Shown here one piece after another: positions 57,710-64,000 of a DNA stretch of 64,000 bases; positions within the stretch are counted from its first letter, which is position 1; each line of letters begins with the position of its first letter. The position numbers and the translations under genes are program-made. The notes beneath the pieces were generated by a model. The model was given only the letters and a program-made list of their open reading frames with translations. It searched no databases and was not told where the DNA came from. This DNA is from Spirochaetia bacterium (lineage in GTDB: Bacteria > Spirochaetota > Spirochaetia > DSM-2461). The stretch is taken from the NCBI GenBank assembly GCA_963668315.1, contig OY764216.1:4192001-4256000 (forward strand), given 5' to 3'.

Positions 57710-58894
57710 TCAACTCTTCATGGCGAGGGGCTCGTAGTCCACCTCTTCTTCCCGGGAAATTTTTTTTTCCACTTTTTTCACGAGCTTCCCGTAGTGATGG
57801 GCCAGAAGAGCGAAGACAGTGGGAATGGTGCTCAGAAGAATTTTGATGTCGTTTATCAGGGAAAGATGGCGGGCATATTTAATATCCAGACGAACCATCT
57901 CCTTAAAAGTCAAATCATTCTTACCGCTTACCTGCCACAGTCCGGTCATTCCGGGAACCGTATCAAACCGGTGAGTATGCCAGCGAAGATACTCTTCCGC
58001 CTCATAGGGAATACAGGGACGGGGTCCGACAAGACTCATATCCCCTTTGAGTACATTCAGCAGCTGGGGAAGCTCATCGATACAGCTGTTGCGGAGAAAA
58101 CCGCCTCCCCTGATAATACGGGGATCGTTGGCATCGTCAAGCTTGATCATGGGCACGTTGCCGTCTTTGATAAAACTCTGGGCATGCTTCCCGTGGAGAG
58201 CTTCATTGTTGCTGCAGTGCATACTGCGGAACTTGTAGAATTTAAAGGTTTTTCCCTTATGCCCCACTCTGTCCTGGACAAAGAAAACCGGGCCGGGAGA
58301 AACGATTTTAATATAAAGAGCCGTCAGAATCAGAAGGGGCGACAAGATGAGCAGAATGAGAGAGGAAGCCGTAATATCAAGAGTCCTCTTCCAAAGAGGA
58401 ATCTTTCGAGCCACCCTCTCCCCTACTTCGTTAAACTGCTTATCCTTCTTCCAGGGCGTATAATCCAGATCCCCGTTGTCATACTTATGATTGAACCAGT
58501 TCGTCGGATAGGTATGGCATACCGTCGGATAATTGATGCCGGTATCCTTGAGCTGTCTCTTGATGCGGAATTCAATGCCTTCCGCCTCTTCGCTGTCTGT
58601 CAGAGGCATAATGACGGCTATGGACCGGGAACCGTACCAGCCGATATGATCAATAGATCTGAGATTGGGCTTTATAAGCTGAGTGATCATCCGAAGTTCC
58701 ACTTCATCCCGAATGGACCGGTTTCCTTCAAATATCAATAATGAAAAAGCCTCTCCCGTACGGTCGGAACGAATCCTCTCGTACTGAAGAAGTTCAAGAA
58801 AATCCTTATAAGGAATGATATGACGGAGATCGTCACTGCTATTATATTTTGCCTTATCCTTTACGATAGGATTAAACGTATTCAAATTACTCAC
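57710..58894 (-). CDS. Priming phosphoglycosyl (sugar) transferase with N-terminal degenerate GGDEF-like domain
   Basis: Bac_transf motifs 'WKRTLDI', 'GPVFFVQDRVG', 'KFRSM', 'IDELPQLLNVLKGDMSLVGPRP', 'PGMTGLWQVSG'; N-terminal 'LLQYERIRSDRTGEAFSLL...LRSIDHIGWYGSRSIAVIMPLTD'; GTG start after AAGGAAGGA. Confidence 0.88.
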   Translation of the reverse strand: MSNLNTFNPIVKDKAKYNSSDDLRHIIPYKDFLELLQYERIRSDRTGEAFSLLIFEGNRSIRDEVELRMITQLIKPNLRSIDHIGWYGSRSIAVIMPLTDSEEAEGIEFRIKRQLKDTGINYPTVCHTYPTNWFNHKYDNGDLDYTPWKKDKQFNEVGERVARKIPLWKRTLDITASSLILLILSPLLILTALYIKIVSPGPVFFVQDRVGHKGKTFKFYKFRSMHCSNNEALHGKHAQSFIKDGNVPMIKLDDANDPRIIRGGGFLRNSCIDELPQLLNVLKGDMSLVGPRPCIPYEAEEYLRWHTHRFDTVPGMTGLWQVSGKNDLTFKEMVRLDIKYARHLSLINDIKILLSTIPTVFALLAHHYGKLVKKVEKKISREEEVDYEPLAMKS

Positions 58895-59098
58895 GGAGCC
58901 TATCCTTCCTTCACACAAAACACATATTCTCCATAAACTGCAACTTAACTATAAATATGCCACAATTTTCAATATAAAACCATAAATGAACGAGATAAAA
59001 TCGGATATTTCATGATTTTTTTCATAAATCAGCTGGATTAAGGAGAAATATAGCTCAAGTGTTGTTTTTTTTCCATTTTTAGGTATTCTATTATTAAC

Positions 59099-59776
59099 AT
59101 GAGATTATTATCTTTACCTATCCGATGCCTTAAAACAGCCATGACTCTTTTTTTGACTGTCGGATATATAATGTCCTGTACAACGAAAAACCCGGTACAG
59201 CCGGTAAAGGAGCCCGCTCCCATACGCTATGATAATCTCTTTTCCTACAAAGGAATATCCTTTTCCTACATTCCCCTTGACACGTCGTTTCTAGAAGATT
59301 TACACGGATTGGACAGTCGTTATTTTACTCAATCATCGGGACTTTTCCCACCCCGCCTACCCTGTGTAATTTCATTTAAAGCGACCGTACCCGATCATAC
59401 GGAACTTGTCTTGAAATACAGCGAGTCCTATCTGCAGGATGAAGTGGGTAACCGATTTTATTCACAGACAAGAAATGGATATTATGATCTGTGGAAAGAG
59501 AAAACACCTGCTTCTCTCCAATCAAAATTGAGCTGGCTTCTTGACCATAATCTCTATAAAGAGGTGCAATCCATTGCACCCGGACAGGAAAGGGAGGGCT
59601 ATTTTGTGTTTTTGATGAACCGTCCCAGAAGGGGAGATTTTACCCTCAACATCCCCTTGAAAATAGATAACGAGGAAGGCAGACTCACCCTTCCTCTGAC
59701 CTTGAACATCGACCGTTTAGAACCGGAAAATGGGGCGGAACCGGAAGGTCCGGCTTTTATTCCACAAATAGACTGA
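59099..59776 (+). CDS. Hypothetical lipoprotein
   Basis: 'LFLTVGYIMSC' lipobox-like; 'IAPGQEREGYFVF' resembles Ig-like beta-sandwich lipoproteins; start uncertain. Confidence 0.65.
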   Translation: MRLLSLPIRCLKTAMTLFLTVGYIMSCTTKNPVQPVKEPAPIRYDNLFSYKGISFSYIPLDTSFLEDLHGLDSRYFTQSSGLFPPRLPCVISFKATVPDHTELVLKYSESYLQDEVGNRFYSQTRNGYYDLWKEKTPASLQSKLSWLLDHNLYKEVQSIAPGQEREGYFVFLMNRPRRGDFTLNIPLKIDNEEGRLTLPLTLNIDRLEPENGAEPEGPAFIPQID

Positions 59777-59783
59777 GGTAATT

Positions 59784-61484
59784 ATGAAAAAAATCCTGAC
59801 AGCAGCGTTTCTCATCCTGTTCCTTTCCCTATTAACCGGCCAGACATCCGGCACCGATGAGAACCTGACGCCTGAGCAGAAGTACCTGCGGACCCGTCTG
59901 AATCCCCAGGGAACGGGAGCGGGAATTTCCATGGAGTATTCCGTTACGGGAAGCGCCCGTCTGGATTACGGAACCCAGTTTGACGACGGTGCTGATGATT
60001 TCGCCCAGGGATTCGAAACCACCATCGATTCCTCCCTGGACATCAGTTTTACCTTCCGCCCGGACAGCTTTACAGCCAGTCCCCGCCAATCCTACTTAAG
60101 AAGGGGACTCTATGCCGAGATTATCCTGACCGACTTCGGGGTGGTGATTTCCAACGATGCGGGTATCAATTTTTGGGATAATTATGAGATCATCGACAAC
60201 GAGGGCAACGTCTATGTTCCCAGCCAGTCCGCCGATACCAGAACGGTTCTGGACAATGCCGATGAGGAGGACGAGCTGACCTATGACTCCACCATGCTCT
60301 ATACGGGCGTGCAGGTGACGGCACCGACGGTGGAGGCGAATATCCACCTGAATCCGAATGTCTACTTTCAGATAGCCAGCCAGCCCGAACTGGACCATAA
60401 CCTTTCCACCACCCTGGGCGGCCAGGGGGAATGGGCCGGTGCGGAAACGGAAAATTCCGGCGGTCTGAGTTTCATCCTCGACTACCCTCTCTTCAACCTC
60501 AAAGCCTCAGTCGTGTCCCAGCACTACTACGACTACTCCAGCACCACCGACTCAACCCGCCAGAATGATGAATTCGGGGGAACCCTCACCGCGTCCTACG
60601 AGATACGCGACAATCTCCTTTTTCAGGGATACGGCGGCTACATCAACTTCTATACCGCTTCCAACGACGACGATTTCTATTTTGCCACGGGACGAACAGG
60701 CTCCACGGCGGATGCCATGGCCCTGGGAGGAGCCAGCCTGACCTATAATCTTTTCGAGCTGGCCGAGTTCGGTATTTACGGGGATTTTGCTTATGTCTCC
60801 GGCGGTAAATACAACAGAGGAACGGCTACAACTGACAGTGATGGAGATGGATACTATGAAGATGGAACTTATGTAGACATAAACGGCTTTCTTTACGATG
60901 TCCGAATGGACCTGCCCTTGCCTTTCGCCTTTGACAGGGGTCTCTTCACCTTTTCTGTGGATACCTATAATTACTCCTATCGGGATCAAATTTTCACCGA
61001 TGATGAGAAAAATACTGAGTTCCCCCTGGATCTGCAGCTGGGTTTCACCTATATGGAGGAACGATGGCAGGTTCAGAGCGCCATACAGGCCTTCAATATA
61101 CTGGATGCCACGAACAGTTATGAAAATTACCTCCTCGATGATCATCAGGAACTGGCTTTCCTCTTTTCGGGACAATATACCTTCGGGAATCCCTCCCGTC
61201 TGGCAGTCACCCCCGGTCTGGATATGATCGTCTCCCTGGGAAGGCTGATGACAGAAGGATGGTACTATTCAGCAATCGGTGATACGGGGACTTACATTGA
61301 TGACTGGAAGGACGATTACCTAAGCCTGGAAGCCTCGGTGGCCCTGGAGTTTCCCCAGACGGTGATTACTATCAGCTACGCTTCCCTGCAGCTGCTGCCG
61401 GGACAGGGAAATTCTCCGGAAGGAAGCGATTATACGGGAATCGATACGGGGGTGATGACGGTGTCCACGGTGATTAGTTACTGA
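59784..61484 (+). CDS. Outer-membrane beta-barrel, major outer sheath protein (Msp/MOSP)-like
   Basis: Signal peptide; 'SVTGSARLDYG...GFETT...LDISF...LYAEIILTDF'; amphipathic strands; ends in aromatic 'TVSTVISY'. Confidence 0.65.
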   Translation: MKKILTAAFLILFLSLLTGQTSGTDENLTPEQKYLRTRLNPQGTGAGISMEYSVTGSARLDYGTQFDDGADDFAQGFETTIDSSLDISFTFRPDSFTASPRQSYLRRGLYAEIILTDFGVVISNDAGINFWDNYEIIDNEGNVYVPSQSADTRTVLDNADEEDELTYDSTMLYTGVQVTAPTVEANIHLNPNVYFQIASQPELDHNLSTTLGGQGEWAGAETENSGGLSFILDYPLFNLKASVVSQHYYDYSSTTDSTRQNDEFGGTLTASYEIRDNLLFQGYGGYINFYTASNDDDFYFATGRTGSTADAMALGGASLTYNLFELAEFGIYGDFAYVSGGKYNRGTATTDSDGDGYYEDGTYVDINGFLYDVRMDLPLPFAFDRGLFTFSVDTYNYSYRDQIFTDDEKNTEFPLDLQLGFTYMEERWQVQSAIQAFNILDATNSYENYLLDDHQELAFLFSGQYTFGNPSRLAVTPGLDMIVSLGRLMTEGWYYSAIGDTGTYIDDWKDDYLSLEASVALEFPQTVITISYASLQLLPGQGNSPEGSDYTGIDTGVMTVSTVISY

Positions 61485-61498
61485 CGGAAGCCCTTCGG

Positions 61499-63457
61499 CT
61501 AAAGAGACTCTCTCCACACCTGATAGGCTGTCAGATCCCAGACATCCATCAGTTTGGTATCGTCCTTATCCTCCATATAGGCCCTGCGTATCCTCTCTAC
61601 TTCATCCAGATTCAGAAAGGGATCATCTCTTCTTATTGATCTGAGCTTCCGGTCGATCATTTCAGAGCAGTAATTTCTGTATCTGTCGTAAGCCTGAAAA
61701 CTGAGATCTCCCTTGCCTCCCCTCAATCGTATTTTGTCCGGAAGGATTCCTTCCATTGCTCTACGGAAATGCTGCCTGGTCATCCCTTCCTTCAGCTTAT
61801 ATTCGGATGGAACGGATAGGGCGAATTCGGCTAATTCACGGGAAAAAAACGGATGGCGCAGTTCTATTCCGCAAAAAGAAGCGACTCTCTCGGCGTACTC
61901 AAGAATATAAGCATTACCCGATAATGCCATATCAATATAATGGAGTCGGTTATCGGCGGCAGGATATTTTCCTATTGTCGATTGAGATCTAAGATACCTC
62001 AGACGTTCCTCTAAATGATAGGTTTTCACCACAGACGACTTAAGAAGGGAATCATCAAAGGTAAGTTTATCCGGTTTTATCGCGAGAATAGAACGGAGTA
62101 ATTTTTTCCTGGAAACATTTGTCACCCTGTGGATTTCGTTGAAATTTTTATACAAGCCCATGAGGCGCCCCTTGCGAAGCATATACTGAAGATAGGGTAA
62201 GGCGTACTTATCAAAGGAGGCAGCCCTGGAATAGAAGGGGATATCACGCCCGAAACTGGTTGAAACACCGGACGCTTCCGAAAAAAAAGTTCCCCACTCC
62301 CCAGACTGAGCCAATTGCACGAAGCGGTCATACCCATGGGACATGATCCCGTCGCCGTCCTCCCCGTCGAGAAAAACACATATCCCCTGCTTTCTCGCCT
62401 CCCGGTACAAACCAATCTGCAGATCGTTATTACCCCCCAGATAGGGTCCTTCATGGAGCCAGAGCATATCCTTGACATATTCCATGGGACTTATCCTGTC
62501 GGGATAAACATAATGGGGTGTGATATTACCTTCACGCAGTACATGCTGAATCCACTCCGTCTCATCAGATGAAGACTCAAAAAGACAGGAGAAAGAGTGG
62601 AGAGGCCCTAGACTGTGATCTTTATGGTAATCCCGTGCGGCGCATGTAACCGAAGAAGAATCAAGGCCTCCGCTTAAAGCTGTACCGACTCCTCCGGCAG
62701 CTCTCATTTTCGATGCTATACTCTTCGTGAAGAGTTCCCGAATTTTCTCGTAATAATCGCTTTCAGTTTTGCATTCAGGGGCATGCGCCGGTTCGATCTG
62801 CCAATATTTTTTTTTATCGATTGCCCCGTCGTTAACGGTAAGAGTATGAGCCGGAGGTAAGCGGTAAATTCCCTCATAAAAAGAGTTTGCCTGATCCTGA
62901 ACCACAATTTCCGGAACAAAATGATAAGAACAATACTCAAGATTCAATTTATTCTCAACCAAACCGGAAGCCAATATGGCCTTTGCTTCCGAAGCGAAGA
63001 GGAAAAAATCAGAGCTGTGATAATAAAAAAAGGGTTTGACCCCGAAGCGGTCCCGCCCGCAGAACAGTTTGACTCCGTCCCAGAGAGCAAAAGCAAAATC
63101 GCCGTCAATTTTCTGAAGGCAACTCTCTCCCCATTTTCTATAAGCTTCAATGAATAATTCGTGATCGGAAATATGGCGCAGCGGCTTCTGATCAAATCCG
63201 CATGCACGATACACTTCACTCCTGTTATCCAGCCTGCCGTCCAGCAACAGAATAAATTTGCCCTTGCAAAAAGGTCCCTTTATGTTCTTTTCCTCTTCGG
63301 TTACGGGAAAAGCCCCCCATCCCAAGAGGGCTGCTCCGGATTTTATGACTTTGGGAGCCTCTGTATATCTATGCATAATAGACTTCAGCATCAATTCAAC
63401 ATGAGATGTCCTGTCCGGAGAGGAGGAGAACTGGATCAGACCGGCAATGGCACTCAT
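61499..63457 (-). CDS. Asparagine-synthetase-like protein, probable lasso peptide cyclase
   Basis: Starts MSAIAG (no catalytic Cys); 'DGRLDNR', 'RDRFGVKPFFY', 'LSGGLDSSSV', 'LDGEDGDGIMSHG', 'RHPFF...RRAMEGILP..IR.RGGK'. Confidence 0.8.
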   Translation of the reverse strand: MSAIAGLIQFSSSPDRTSHVELMLKSIMHRYTEAPKVIKSGAALLGWGAFPVTEEEKNIKGPFCKGKFILLLDGRLDNRSEVYRACGFDQKPLRHISDHELFIEAYRKWGESCLQKIDGDFAFALWDGVKLFCGRDRFGVKPFFYYHSSDFFLFASEAKAILASGLVENKLNLEYCSYHFVPEIVVQDQANSFYEGIYRLPPAHTLTVNDGAIDKKKYWQIEPAHAPECKTESDYYEKIRELFTKSIASKMRAAGGVGTALSGGLDSSSVTCAARDYHKDHSLGPLHSFSCLFESSSDETEWIQHVLREGNITPHYVYPDRISPMEYVKDMLWLHEGPYLGGNNDLQIGLYREARKQGICVFLDGEDGDGIMSHGYDRFVQLAQSGEWGTFFSEASGVSTSFGRDIPFYSRAASFDKYALPYLQYMLRKGRLMGLYKNFNEIHRVTNVSRKKLLRSILAIKPDKLTFDDSLLKSSVVKTYHLEERLRYLRSQSTIGKYPAADNRLHYIDMALSGNAYILEYAERVASFCGIELRHPFFSRELAEFALSVPSEYKLKEGMTRQHFRRAMEGILPDKIRLRGGKGDLSFQAYDRYRNYCSEMIDRKLRSIRRDDPFLNLDEVERIRRAYMEDKDDTKLMDVWDLTAYQVWRESL

Positions 63458-63462
63458 ACTAA

Positions 63463-64000
63463 TTACTCCGAGATAGCCTGATCTCTTAATTCGTTGACCA
63501 GCTCAAGAGACAAGGGCAGTTTTTCCAGGGAACGGGGTCGCACAAGCCGGTATACACGGCCGGTTCGAGCCAATGCGGCGCACTCGTCAAAAAGGCGCTG
63601 TTTCCCCAGCATGGGCAGTAATAAACCATTAAACATGGAACCGTACCAATGGGGCATAAGATAGAATAGGGCCTCTTTCTTATTAAGCGGCTCTATCCGA
63701 GGACTCTCGTCTTCTCCATAATCCAAAAAAATAACGGAATTCAATGGGAGAGGAGAATCGATATACAGATCCTCCAGAGAAACGATTCTTTTATCATAAT
63801 CCACATCCTTTCCTCCAATGGAAGGAAGACTGGATACATCATCGCTTATCTGCTTCGCCGCATCGGGCCAGAGCTTCATTCCGGGAAATCCCGGTTCAAC
63901 CCAGGAGCCATCCCTATGACGATCGACAGCCAGCAGATCATCACTAACAAGGGAGTAACCGTTTTGTATCATGAGAGTTGCCATGGTGGACTTACCGCCA
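63463..64000 (-). CDS. HPr-kinase-like P-loop kinase (lasso-cluster PadeK-like), 5'-truncated by window
   Basis: Frame open to the window edge with Walker A end 'GGKST', then 'LVSDDLLAV' and 'PGFPGMKLWPDA'; 5 nt from the cyclase start. Confidence 0.8.
   Translation of the reverse strand, partial: GGKSTMATLMIQNGYSLVSDDLLAVDRHRDGSWVEPGFPGMKLWPDAAKQISDDVSSLPSIGGKDVDYDKRIVSLEDLYIDSPLPLNSVIFLDYGEDESPRIEPLNKKEALFYLMPHWYGSMFNGLLLPMLGKQRLFDECAALARTGRVYRLVRPRSLEKLPLSLELVNELRDQAISE

Noticed and set aside
58895..59098. Lasso precursor or sigma54 promoter in the AT-rich intergenic region
   Set aside because: No small ORF with a YxxP/Thr(-2) leader was seen, and the TGGCAT on the minus strand lacks the -12 GC.
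61499..63457. Housekeeping asparagine synthetase B (asnB)
   Set aside because: It lacks the N-terminal catalytic Cys and is coupled to an HPr-kinase-like gene, so a lasso cyclase-like role fits better.
1..64000. tRNA, rRNA, CRISPR arrays, IS/transposases, prophage genes
   Set aside because: No cloverleaf or T-arm signature, regularly spaced repeats or recombinase motifs were seen by eye. A tRNAscan/Rfam run would be needed to exclude small RNAs.

Overview
This 64 kb window is gene-dense bacterial chromosome, most likely from a free-living Spirochaetota member. That call rests on 'FA(N/S)G' signal peptides on binding proteins, an Msp/MOSP-like outer-membrane protein, a eukaryote-type hexokinase and a long RarA. 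Most of it is housekeeping and transport: livKHMGF, a polar amino-acid ABC transporter, ECF-coaX, serS, nadE, lnt, pepD, ptsP, ilvE, rlmH, serA, purF, an aconitase-family hydratase and two hybrid phosphorelays. I saw no rRNA, tRNA, CRISPR array or mobile element. The most unusual part is the partly AT-richer last ~7 kb. It holds (i) a priming phosphoglycosyl transferase fused to a catalytically dead GGDEF-like domain with an intact RxxD c-di-GMP site, (ii) a lipoprotein plus an Msp-like beta-barrel, and (iii) the 3' end of a lasso-peptide-type cluster (HPr-kinase-like kinase plus Cys-less asparagine-synthetase-like cyclase) running off the window. Non-coding signals include a 32-bp perfect palindrome over the promoter of a flavinylated reductase lipoprotein and a 28-bp operator-like palindrome on trmB-ilvE. 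A GGCAA-N4-TTRCC motif recurs upstream of two amino-acid ABC operons and purF, many genes look leaderless, and galE carries a 1-bp frameshift. All calls come from motif recognition by eye; no database searches were run.
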